52,228 bases of DNA from a virus (lineage: Duplodnaviria; Caudoviricetes): IMG/VR virus record IMGVR_UViG_3300007276_000008, positions 1 to 52,228 of that record, one strand, 5' to 3'. Made by a program: the position numbers and the translations under genes. The notes beneath the pieces were generated by a model that saw nothing but the letters and a program-made list of their open reading frames with translations, did no database searches and was not told the DNA's origin. Positions 33,359 to 43,600 of the stretch are shown here, piece by piece (the first letter of the stretch is position 1; each line of letters starts with the position of its first letter).

Positions 33359-34258
33359 ATGGAATTATCAAGTGAATTTATAGAGGCGCAAGGATTAAGC
33401 GCTGAACAAGTGACAGCAATCACAGGTTTTGGCTCAGAAACTATTGCAACATTGAAGCAGGAGTGGGATACCAAAGCAAATGACAACGCTGAAAAAATTA
33501 TAGGAGGCGCAATAACGCATTTCCAAACTGAAAACAAAATTGAAGTACCACGTAACCAAGGTGAAAAGTACGGTGACTATATGAAGCGCGCAGCAGGAGT
33601 TATGCTCCAAGCAAAGGCAGACGAATTAGCTGCATTAAAGGACGAATACACTAACAAGGTAAAAGGCTTTACAGGTGGTGCGGATTTGAAAGCACAAATT
33701 GAAACATTAACAAAGGAGAAGGATACGCTGCTTCAAAAATATGCTGATTTTGATACCATTTCAGAAAAAGCACAAAAATACGATAGCACTGCAAAGGAAT
33801 TATCAAGCGCCAAAATACAAATAGCATTTGGTAATATTAAACCTAAATTTCCTGACAATGTAAACAAGTATGAAGCTGATGCAAAGTGGGCAATATTCAA
33901 AAACGATGTTTTGGATAAGTTTACAATTGAATTAGTAGATGGCAAAGCAGTTGCAGTGGATAAGGAAAATCCACACAACATTAAGCAGTTAGATGATTTA
34001 TTAGCTGCTGATGCACAAATAACTGAATTGGCAAAAGGACGCCAACAGCCAGGCACAGGAGTAACGGTTGATGGTGATATGGTAACATATAAAGGAGTAC
34101 CATTTGAGGTTCCTGAAAAAGCAACAACAAAAGAAGTAAGTATATTAATTAAGGACTATTTGGCTAAAAAAGGAGTTGATTCAACCAACCCTAATTACGC
34201 TAATGAATTCGCAAAATTAAACAAAGCTATTCTGAAGCGAGAGACCGCAACAGCATAA
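33359..34258 (+). CDS. Putative capsid scaffolding protein
   Basis: Coiled-coil, charged protein directly upstream of the capsid gene. Confidence 0.65.
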   Translation: MELSSEFIEAQGLSAEQVTAITGFGSETIATLKQEWDTKANDNAEKIIGGAITHFQTENKIEVPRNQGEKYGDYMKRAAGVMLQAKADELAALKDEYTNKVKGFTGGADLKAQIETLTKEKDTLLQKYADFDTISEKAQKYDSTAKELSSAKIQIAFGNIKPKFPDNVNKYEADAKWAIFKNDVLDKFTIELVDGKAVAVDKENPHNIKQLDDLLAADAQITELAKGRQQPGTGVTVDGDMVTYKGVPFEVPEKATTKEVSILIKDYLAKKGVDSTNPNYANEFAKLNKAILKRETATA

Positions 34259-34310
34259 ACAAAGGAAGCAGGAAAGACCTTGTAATTATTAACAATTAAT
34301 TTTTAAAACT

Positions 34311-35390
34311 ATGGCATTATTAGATGCAACAGATTGGAATGACATCCAGATGACAGACGCAACAAACGACAAGCGTTTTTCTGAATTAGGTATGTCAAAC
34401 GCTGTAAAGAAATCAACACCGTTTGTGGACTATGTTTCACCTTCGGCAAAGTTGGCTTTACAAGAGGCGTCAAGTCTGAGAGCAGTTCAAATACCAGTTT
34501 TAAAGGACCAAACAGTTTCAGTGGTACAAACGCCAGGGTTTAATTTTATCCCTAGCAATTTACCTGAATCAGCACAATATTCATTTACTGCGGTTGACAT
34601 TTTCACAGGATTTAGACATTATCCTGCGCAATTTGCTAACAACACAATGGATTCTGATTGGACAAAACAGCAAGTAATGAAAAACGTTGCCTTTGCTGCT
34701 GGAAACACTGTTGAAAGTCTTTTAACAACGACTATGGAAGCGCGCAAAACTCAGGCACTAAGCTACTTGACACAAGTTAGTCAAGGAGATGGAACTTTTG
34801 TTTTTGATGGAGGTACTGATACCTTACAAGTAAACAAAGCAGCACAAAAAGAAACTATGTTTCAAAACTTACAAACGTTAATGGCAGCCAACGAGCTTGG
34901 AGGAAATTACCAAATTGTAACTAACAGAGGCGGTTTAGCAGTGCAAAAAAGTGAAGCGATGAAATATGGCGCAAACAACGAAAAAAACATAGCAGCATTA
35001 GGTCTTATGGACCCTTCGAGAGTGCATGAAACAGGTAATATATCTCCTGGGTCTGACATTTTCAACGGCTATTTTTTACGAGATGGAGCAATTGGAATGT
35101 TTGAAAACTATCCTTTTGACTTTAGAAACAACACAACAACTGCTGATGGGCGTGCTTGGAGTGTTTCTGATATGGATATCCCGTTTACTAATTTACGTGC
35201 AAACGTTTATGTAAACAACGAGGCAACGGAAGCAAGTGCTTTGGTTGGAGCTGGAAACGACACTAACTTAACAATGACAACATTTTCCGAAATGGCGTTA
35301 TGGTTTAGGTTTTACATCGTTTACCGTTATAATGGAGACATTGCAACGCGTGCAAATGATATCGTAAAAATTAAAGGTTTAACTTCATAA
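34311..35390 (+). CDS. Putative major capsid protein
   Basis: 359 aa; position after the scaffold; composition typical of an HK97-fold capsid. Confidence 0.72.
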   Translation: MALLDATDWNDIQMTDATNDKRFSELGMSNAVKKSTPFVDYVSPSAKLALQEASSLRAVQIPVLKDQTVSVVQTPGFNFIPSNLPESAQYSFTAVDIFTGFRHYPAQFANNTMDSDWTKQQVMKNVAFAAGNTVESLLTTTMEARKTQALSYLTQVSQGDGTFVFDGGTDTLQVNKAAQKETMFQNLQTLMAANELGGNYQIVTNRGGLAVQKSEAMKYGANNEKNIAALGLMDPSRVHETGNISPGSDIFNGYFLRDGAIGMFENYPFDFRNNTTTADGRAWSVSDMDIPFTNLRANVYVNNEATEASALVGAGNDTNLTMTTFSEMALWFRFYIVYRYNGDIATRANDIVKIKGLTS

Positions 35391-35403
35391 AAAACGAAAA
35401 CAC

Positions 35404-35838
35404 ATGTATTATATTACAGATGAAAACGGAGATAGAATCCCGGTACAGGAAGGTGGAATTCGCAAAAATGTGGAGATTATTACCGCCAATAGAACGTTAT
35501 TACCAAATGAAAGCGGTATAGTTATTGGAGTAGGAACGGATGCTTTAGAAGTTGCCTTACCGGCAACAGAAAAAGGGTTGGTTTACACTTTAGTCAATAC
35601 AGGCGCAGCAGGTAACAACTTAATGGCTTTATCACCAGTCGCGGCTGATGGTATTGCAGGAACTGTAACCTTAGCATCAACGGTTGTTGTGCTAGATGGT
35701 ACAGTTGACAAGGACGCAATTAACACAAAAGCAACTTCTCAAACAGGAGATTCAATTACCGTTTTAGGTACAGGAGTCACTGGAGTTGGAGCATGGGTTG
35801 TGGTTGCATCAACAGGTATTTATGCTCAGGAGGCATAA
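35404..35838 (+). CDS. Putative capsid decoration/minor virion protein
   Basis: VALPATEKGLVYTLVN beta pattern; follows the capsid gene. Confidence 0.5.
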   Translation: MYYITDENGDRIPVQEGGIRKNVEIITANRTLLPNESGIVIGVGTDALEVALPATEKGLVYTLVNTGAAGNNLMALSPVAADGIAGTVTLASTVVVLDGTVDKDAINTKATSQTGDSITVLGTGVTGVGAWVVVASTGIYAQEA

Positions 35839-35864
35839 TAATTTAAAATCATAAGTTTTATCAC

Positions 35865-37001
35865 ATGTTAGTAAGTATATCAGAGGATTTTTCAACAAGT
35901 ATCGTATTGGATAGTGACCTTTTAAGCGTACCTGACTCAGGTTTGTTTTTAAACAGTGGCGCGCATCCAACACTAACTTTGGAGAACATAATCGCTTTTT
36001 TACATACCAACAACCAAGGCTTTAACGCATGGACTTCGTCTGACACGTATAACAAGTATAAAGACAGCAGAAATAAGTCTGACCTAGTAGTTTACAAGCA
36101 AAGTATTTATCAGTCGCTTAGAACAGCTAATTTAAACAATTTGCCAAATGCGGTGGATTCAGTTTATTGGGTGCAAACTAACATTGATAGTATTAAGCTA
36201 AAAACACTAATTTATCAAGTAATTGATAAGGTCAAATCTGATTTAAGTTTAACCAAGCGCTTAATTAACAGTCAAAAAATATATGACATTGGAAGCAATG
36301 TAGCAACTTTGCCAAATGATTATGCAGCTTTTGTTATACAAGCAAAAGGAAGTGATTACGTTTCGTTTAAATTAAACAGCGTTTCAATTCAAAAGGACGG
36401 TACCACGCCAATTAATTTGTATATTATCAACTCGGGAGTATTAGTTGACACGTTGACGATAACTCCAAATAATAAAGCAGTTAATTGGACCACGTTGGAT
36501 TATGAATTCAGCGGCTCAGGTACTTGGACTATTGCAATTGACAGCACTGACGTCTATTTAGGAAACACGCAAATTGACCCTTTAAAGTATGATGGATTTA
36601 CCATTAATACTGCAATAGGTGTTGGTGATGCGCCAGAAGATGCTGTATACAGTTACAGCACAAATGGAATAGGCATTGGGTTAGATATTAGTGCTTATGC
36701 TGATGCTGACGCTTATTTAACCAATAATATAAGTCACTTAGGTAACTTATTTAGAGCGTGCTTTGAATACACTATATTCCAAATGTTTTTACATAATCCG
36801 AACAACGTGAGCAATAGGGCTGAGCGCATTCAAATGAATGAGGATTTATTAATCGCGGAGTTAAAAAACTTGAACGGGAATACAGTTGCAGCAAGGTACC
36901 AAACGGAACTAAAAAGGGCAAGACAAGCATTGGATAAGACTTATGATACTAAATTATCTCCTGATAATAATGATGATTTTATAATTGAATTAACAGCGTA
37001 A
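35865..37001 (+). CDS. Putative head-tail connector/neck protein
   Basis: Position; helical ends with an inserted beta-rich region. Confidence 0.45.
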   Translation: MLVSISEDFSTSIVLDSDLLSVPDSGLFLNSGAHPTLTLENIIAFLHTNNQGFNAWTSSDTYNKYKDSRNKSDLVVYKQSIYQSLRTANLNNLPNAVDSVYWVQTNIDSIKLKTLIYQVIDKVKSDLSLTKRLINSQKIYDIGSNVATLPNDYAAFVIQAKGSDYVSFKLNSVSIQKDGTTPINLYIINSGVLVDTLTITPNNKAVNWTTLDYEFSGSGTWTIAIDSTDVYLGNTQIDPLKYDGFTINTAIGVGDAPEDAVYSYSTNGIGIGLDISAYADADAYLTNNISHLGNLFRACFEYTIFQMFLHNPNNVSNRAERIQMNEDLLIAELKNLNGNTVAARYQTELKRARQALDKTYDTKLSPDNNDDFIIELTA

Positions 37002-37550
37002 ATGAATAACCTAAAGGACAATTTATACGGTATTGATATTGAGATACAGGAAATCCAAATATCACTTTACGAATACCTTAAAAGCACATGGTCCATAGAG
37101 GATACGGATTTGCTTGATGGTTACGGAAGGATATACCGCAATAATAGTTCAGAGGGTAAAGTCATACCTGAAGTATACAATGCAGCAACAAAAAATTACC
37201 ACGAGGTATACTATAACAGTAAATCATGTTTCTTTTTTATTGATGCTAACAATCAGGAGGGTGATGGTTTTGCTTATGACAGTGTTATTGACATTGTTTT
37301 TATGCTTAATTTAAACCAAATACATGTTAAGGAAAATGAGCGCACTGATGAAAAAGCGTTTACCCAAATAATACAGCACTTAAGGAGTGACTATGAAGGC
37401 ACATTAATACCGCCTTTTAACCATATTAAGCGCATTGAAAATGTATTAAGCGGGTTTGACATTACAAAGTTGCAGACAAATGATTTGCAACCGTTACACG
37501 TTTTCAGCATAAGGTGCAATTTAGAATATTTCATTAATGATAAATGCTAA
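37002..37550 (+). CDS. Putative tail terminator/completion protein
   Basis: Position before the tail tube gene; acidic alpha/beta pattern. Confidence 0.45.
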   Translation: MNNLKDNLYGIDIEIQEIQISLYEYLKSTWSIEDTDLLDGYGRIYRNNSSEGKVIPEVYNAATKNYHEVYYNSKSCFFFIDANNQEGDGFAYDSVIDIVFMLNLNQIHVKENERTDEKAFTQIIQHLRSDYEGTLIPPFNHIKRIENVLSGFDITKLQTNDLQPLHVFSIRCNLEYFINDKC

Positions 37551-37749
37551 CAATATGAGCAAAAAAAGCAGTAACGAAGCAACAGCTTCAACAAGTAAAA
37601 CGAAGCATGTTTTATTAGTTAATTTTGGAACTAAAAAAGGTACAAAACGGAACCCTGGAAACGGAGAACCAAAGTACAAAGCAGGTAGCAAAATTGACTT
37701 AACAGACGAGCAAGTTTTAACATTTAGAAACCTTAAATACATTAAATAA
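37537..37749 (+). CDS. Small basic hypothetical protein
   Basis: Between the neck and tail tube genes. Confidence 0.55.
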   Translation: MINANNMSKKSSNEATASTSKTKHVLLVNFGTKKGTKRNPGNGEPKYKAGSKIDLTDEQVLTFRNLKYIK

Positions 37750-37751
37750 AA

Positions 37752-38675
37752 ATGGCACTATTAAGCACATTATTAAACCTCGGTTCATGTGGAGCCGACG
37801 GAGTATTGGGTACAGGTACGCACGGTTGTAAACCGTTCTTCAAGAAGACATATTCACTTTGGTTAACGCCAGCAGGTTTTGAATATGACGGAACGGAGAC
37901 ATGGGATACGACATACATTAACACGTTAATTAATGCAGGTACATTGATTGTGGTTAGAGGCATTAGCCAACCAGAAAACCAATCAACGGACAACACATTA
38001 ACTGACATTGGAGGTGGCGTCGAAATACTCGAAGACGAGGGTCTTTACAAGTTCAAATATGACTTTGTAAAAGGACTTTATTGGAATTCAATTTTAGCAA
38101 GTTTGACTGGTTACGGCCAATACGATGTAGCTTTTGTTGATACACAAGGAAACATATTTGGAACAGTAGGTGCAACGGAAGGCAATTGGAAAGGCTTTAC
38201 AACAGCACAAATTTCGCACAACCCAATGGCATTTGGAGACACGCAAACAGGAAGAGAATCCATAGTGATACAATATCCTGAGCGCAGTGAAATAGACACT
38301 GACTTTGTATTTATACAAAAAACAGCAGTGTTTAATCCTAAGCAAATTGACGGGATTAACGAGGTGAAATTAGCCTACGCAAACGCTCCAGCGGATACGG
38401 ATACCACGGTAACTGTAACAGCTGTAAGAAAACAGGATAACAACGCTTTTACCGGCGCTGATTATAATGATTTCGGAGTGGTAGTTGATTCAACTAACAA
38501 TGTTTTAACATCAGGTGATGACAGCGCAGTAACTGGAACCTATGTTTTAACCCTTACAACAGCTTTATCAAGTGCTGAAAGTGTAGTAACCCAATTAGGG
38601 ACTACCGCAGTACCAGGTGTAGCCGTAGGGACGCGAAACTATAAGTCAAACGTTATTACAGCAATCGTTCCTTAA
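37752..38675 (+). CDS. Putative major tail (tube) protein with C-terminal Ig-like domain
   Basis: T/G/D-rich, 307 aa, followed by a terminator and upstream of the tape measure gene. Confidence 0.65.
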   Translation: MALLSTLLNLGSCGADGVLGTGTHGCKPFFKKTYSLWLTPAGFEYDGTETWDTTYINTLINAGTLIVVRGISQPENQSTDNTLTDIGGGVEILEDEGLYKFKYDFVKGLYWNSILASLTGYGQYDVAFVDTQGNIFGTVGATEGNWKGFTTAQISHNPMAFGDTQTGRESIVIQYPERSEIDTDFVFIQKTAVFNPKQIDGINEVKLAYANAPADTDTTVTVTAVRKQDNNAFTGADYNDFGVVVDSTNNVLTSGDDSAVTGTYVLTLTTALSSAESVVTQLGTTAVPGVAVGTRNYKSNVITAIVP

Positions 38676-38700
38676 AAAAAGGAGGACTATTTATCTAATA

Positions 38701-38730
38701 AAGCCTGGTCTTAATAGGCTAGGCTTTTTT
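38701..38730 (+). terminator. Intrinsic terminator
   Basis: AAGCCTGGTC-N6-GGCTAGGCTT followed by a T run. Confidence 0.7.
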
Positions 38731-38740
38731 GTATTAAACA

Positions 38741-39214
38741 ATGGTTGAAGTACTTGAACCTTATAATATTGCCTTAATACGCATGCAAGAGGATATACCT
38801 TTTATATTGCAGCGCATATTTACGGAAAAAAGTGAGATAATTGTCAATTTATTGTTTGAACAGCAACTATCCGTTGGACTTGATGGTGATGGTAGGGAAA
38901 TAGGTAGGTATAGCCGTTATACGGAATTAATTGCACGTTATGAACTACCTAGGCCAATAAAACCAAAAGAGGCGGGTGAACTATACAATTTTGAGTGGAC
39001 AGGAGATTGGAAAAGTAAAATGAAAGCTATTTTTTCAAACGAACGAGAATATGAGATATTAAGCAGTGATGGCAAGCATAAGGAATTAATTGTCAAATAC
39101 GGAGATGAAATTGTAAAACCAAGCGTAGACCTAAATGCATTTATAAACAAAAACATATTAAAGCCTGGACTTTACCAGGAATTTGTAAACCGATTAAACA
39201 ACGCAACAAAATGA
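38741..39214 (+). CDS. Putative tail completion/virion morphogenesis protein
   Basis: GLDGDG..YS..YT..L..TGDW pattern resembling neck/morphogenesis families; position. Confidence 0.5.
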   Translation: MVEVLEPYNIALIRMQEDIPFILQRIFTEKSEIIVNLLFEQQLSVGLDGDGREIGRYSRYTELIARYELPRPIKPKEAGELYNFEWTGDWKSKMKAIFSNEREYEILSSDGKHKELIVKYGDEIVKPSVDLNAFINKNILKPGLYQEFVNRLNNATK

Positions 39215-40041
39215 AAAATATATTATTAATTTTTATAGTATTAGCAGCTTATTTAGGACAAGCGCAAACAGTGGACCAATTTAGCTATTATGAGCGCATT
39301 ATAAACGACTCATATGGCGATAATGCAAAAATATACAGTAAAGGTAAAACCCTGCGAAAGTTTGGGAGAAACAATGATTTAGACACTGATGTCGAGGAGC
39401 AAATATGGGAACAAGGTGGATTTGAAATTATGGCAACGTCAAACAGCATTGACACTATGAGCAGTTCAAGCGGAAGTGATACGCAAACTGTAACAATTGA
39501 AGGGCATTATTATGATGCTGACAATAACTTAATTTTTAGCATTCAGACAGCAATTTTAACGGGTCAAACGAAAGTCACTTTAGCCACACCATTATCGCGT
39601 GCGACAAGGGTTTATAATACAGGCAGTACGGATTTAGTAGGCAATGTTTACGTATATGAGGACGGTGCAATTACAGCAGGCGTTCCTGACGATGCTGCGA
39701 CTATCCATTTGTTTGCAACTGCAGGAAACCAACAAAGCTCAAAAGCAGCAACATCAACTTCATCTACGGATTATTGGGTTATTGTTAGGGTAAAATTTAC
39801 AGTTGAAAAAACACAAACGTCAACGGTGGATTTTAAGGTACAAATTAGGGAGGCAAATGGTGTTTGGAGGTCGCAATTATTTGCAAGTTTAGCCGGTGCG
39901 CAAGGAACGTACCAAGTTGACTTAACCAATACGCCAATTATTATGAAGCCTAATTCAGACATTAGGGTATTAGGAACTTCCAGTACCAATAATGTGATAG
40001 GAGGCGCGGAAATAGGAGGTTTTTTAGCAAAAGTTTTATAA
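39211..40041 (+). CDS. Beta-rich protein with Sec signal peptide in the tail operon
   Basis: MKNILLIFIVLAAYLGQA/Q; S/T/G-rich body. Confidence 0.6.
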   Translation: MKNILLIFIVLAAYLGQAQTVDQFSYYERIINDSYGDNAKIYSKGKTLRKFGRNNDLDTDVEEQIWEQGGFEIMATSNSIDTMSSSSGSDTQTVTIEGHYYDADNNLIFSIQTAILTGQTKVTLATPLSRATRVYNTGSTDLVGNVYVYEDGAITAGVPDDAATIHLFATAGNQQSSKAATSTSSTDYWVIVRVKFTVEKTQTSTVDFKVQIREANGVWRSQLFASLAGAQGTYQVDLTNTPIIMKPNSDIRVLGTSSTNNVIGGAEIGGFLAKVL

Positions 40042-40640
40042 TGCTATACAGTGGAACGCATGACATGCCAATATACCATTACACTAAATGTTTGGTAAAC
40101 GACGAATTACGTTATATGGTAATAGGTTGGAATGAACGCGACGAGGTTGTGCTTCCAAAAGACACTGAGGAAATATGGTTTGATATTTTTAACTCCTTTT
40201 GCACAAAAACAAGCACTAATGATACTGACACTTATTACGCCTTAATAAATGAATTAGACTATTTGCGCAGGCGCTACAAAATGGTGGAAATATTAGTTAA
40301 GGAATTAAACGAAAATAATAGAGAAACTTACGGATATGAAATTAGTCAGTGGGAATTTAGTATATTAGCAACTCCTATAAGTGAACAAAAAAAACATTTT
40401 GAAAAGCAGTTTAGGATAGCCAACCAGGATATTGAATTAAAACAAAGCGAAGTTGACAAGTGGTTAGAGGAAAACGACACAGGCGAGCCGGTAAAATTGT
40501 ATAAGAAAAAAATTAGGTTGGAGCGCATCACAGGGCTCACAATTGATATAAAAACATGTGTTCTAGACGAATGGATAGAAATTATTAGCGAGGCTGATAC
40601 CATTAACGAGGAATACTCAAAAGCGCACGCAAATGGCTAA
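40041..40640 (+). CDS. Putative tail assembly chaperone
   Basis: Acidic helical protein immediately before the tape measure gene. Confidence 0.45.
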   Translation: MLYSGTHDMPIYHYTKCLVNDELRYMVIGWNERDEVVLPKDTEEIWFDIFNSFCTKTSTNDTDTYYALINELDYLRRRYKMVEILVKELNENNRETYGYEISQWEFSILATPISEQKKHFEKQFRIANQDIELKQSEVDKWLEENDTGEPVKLYKKKIRLERITGLTIDIKTCVLDEWIEIISEADTINEEYSKAHANG

Positions 40641-43600
40641 AAATCCAATTACCGTAATTGAGGAAAGTAAACAGGAATTATCAGCCTTAAACCAAGTTTT
40701 AACAAGCACCAATACCTTAATACTTGAGATATCAGCCAATACACGCAAAGTAGGCAAGGACTTTTTTAATGTTAAAAACCCAAAGCAAGCAAATGATGCA
40801 TTGGCAAAACGAGCAAGCGCTGAAAGTAAGGTATTAACACTAATTAGGGAAAAGGAAAAGATTAACAAAAGGTTAGCAGCAGGAGAAGCCAAAATTGCAG
40901 TGGCTATGACCTCGTCTAACAAACAATTAGCGCAGCAACGGTTTGAACTACAGGAGTTGAATAGACGTGCAAAACAAGCAGCCGTTTTATCCTCAAGTTT
41001 GTCAACGGAATACCAAAAGCAAAGTGTCAGATTAATACAGTTACGAACAAAGTATAAGGACGTCGCATTAACGCAAGGAGAATCCTCAAAAGCTGCTAGG
41101 GTATTACAGCGTGAAATCCAAAAATTAGATTTAAGGCTTAAAAGCGTTGATGGCAATGTAGGGCAATTCCAAAGGAGCGTTGGTAATTACGGTAAAGCGC
41201 TTAACGGTGCAGTTGGTGCAGCAAAAAAAATGGCAGGCGCATTAGGCTTAATGGGTGGTGCTTTTTTAGCAATTAGAATAGGACGAGATGCAATAAAAGT
41301 AATAAAGGACTTTGACAAAGCAAATGCCACATTGGCGTCAGTATTACAATTATCCAGGGAGGAAACACGAGGGTTGGCAGATGATGCGCAGCGCTTAGGT
41401 AGTATAACAGTAAAAACAGCACAGGAGGTGACTGAACTCCAAACAGCTTATGCGCGTTTAGGCTTTAACCAAACTGAAATAATTGATTTAACGGAAGCCA
41501 CAATACAAGGCTCCATTGCTTTAAATAGTGAACTAGGCGCGACAGCTGAATTAACAGGTGCGTTGGTAAATACGTTTGATGAATTTGGCACAAATGACGC
41601 ACCACAAATATTGGATATTTTATCCTTAGCAACGGCAAAATCCGCTTTAAACTTTCAAAAATTACAAGCAGGTTTACCAATAGTTGCAGGAGCAGCCAAT
41701 GCAGCAGGTGTACCGTTTACAAAGTTAGTGGCATTATTAGGAAAACTATCAGATGCAGGTATTGATGTCAGTAGTTCATCAACAGCGCTAAGGAATATAT
41801 TTATTGAGGCAGCGTCACAAGGATTAAATTACGAACAAATTTTAGATAAAATAAAAAGCAGCCAGGATAAGCTAACAGCATCCAACGATGAATTTGGTAA
41901 ACGTGCCGCAGTTTCAGCCACTGTTTTAGCTGCAAATATAGCCGCTACCAACGAATTAGACGTTGCCTTACAAAATGCAGCAGGAACGGCGCAAAGCATG
42001 GCAGATAAGGAGTTAGACACCTTAGACGGTGCTTTACAGCTATTAAAGTCAGCATGGCAAGGGTTTATACTAGGTGCAGACGGCTCAACGGGCGCTGCGG
42101 CTAAATTAAAAAGTGGTATCCAATTTTTAGCAGCAAATTTAGACAGGATATTAAAAGTAATAATATTTGGCACAAAAGCATGGGTGGCTTATAAAACTGC
42201 ATTACTATTAGCAAACGTTCAATCCAGGATATTTGCACTAACAGCATCGCAAACAGCAGCCGCAGCCACAGCACAAGCCGCAGCACAAACAGCAAATGCC
42301 GCAGCAACGACAGCAGCCACAACAGCTTGGCAGCGCTTTAATTTAGCATTAAAAGCAAACATCATAGGAATATTGATTGGTTTAGCTATTGGCCTTTATA
42401 CTGCAATACAAAGCCTTTATACTTCCTTAGAAGATAGCGTAAAAGCAACGGACGAGGCGACGCGCGCATTTTTAGACCACGAACACGCGCTAAAAGCATC
42501 AGCAAATTCCACCAATACGCTGCTTGATAGGTATGATGAATTAACTAAAAAGCAAAAAGAAAATAAGGACGGTGCAAAACTTACAACAGCCGAGCAAAAG
42601 GATTTAGACGGAATAATAGTGCAATTAGCAAAGGATTATCCTAAAGCAACAGGCGAGATTGACAAAAATACTGGAGCATTAATTATAAACACCGAACAAA
42701 TTCGTAATAATTTAGCAGCGCAGGCTGGTGACATAAACAGCGCGCAAAAAAAGGCGCAGTTGTTAAAGGAAAATACTAATGAATTAAATTTGTTAGAAAT
42801 GGCCCAAGAACGTTTAAATAAAACGGAGCGCGAGGGTGAAGCAGAAAAAATAGATAACATTGGTTTTGTTATACGCGAAGAAGGTAAACTTTACAAAGCA
42901 AAATTCCAAGCACAAACGAAATCATTTATAGCCACTAGGGAATTAAGCGTGGCAGAAATTGATGCGGTAAATGCGGCAGTAGACGGCAATAGGGAATTAA
43001 TTGCAACAAAAAAGGATTTTATACGTGAATTAAATGGCGAGAAAACGTCCAAGCAAATTAACAATGAATTAACGGAAATTGAAAATAATTTAAAAGCTGA
43101 AAGCAAAAAACTAACAGACGAGGAAATTGACGTTGTGGCAAAATATAATGCTGAAATTGAAAAGCAAACGGATATCCTTAAAAAATTACGCGCACCTTTA
43201 CAAGAGGAGGGAGGTAAAATAAACCCGTTAGACGAACAAGGTATAAAGGACGCTACAAAAGCACTAAACAACGCCAAAGCAGCGTTAAAAGAAATAACAG
43301 GTACCACAAAAGACAAAGACAAGGACAAGGATAACAGCGCGGGCAAACGGACAATTGATTACCAATATAAAATAGACGAGGAAAGTTTAGAACAAGCTAT
43401 TGCAGCAGACGAGGAAATTGCAACAGCTATTGACAACAACTTAAAAGATAGGCTTAAAGGCTTAGAGGACTTTGAAGCAAAATCTAAGGAGCTAGTAGAC
43501 CTACGAAAAACGAAAGAAAAAGAAGATGTAAAAAGCAGCGTATTATCAGCAAAAGCAAAAGCCAAAGCCCTTGAATATATTGAACTGAAATACAAAGTTG

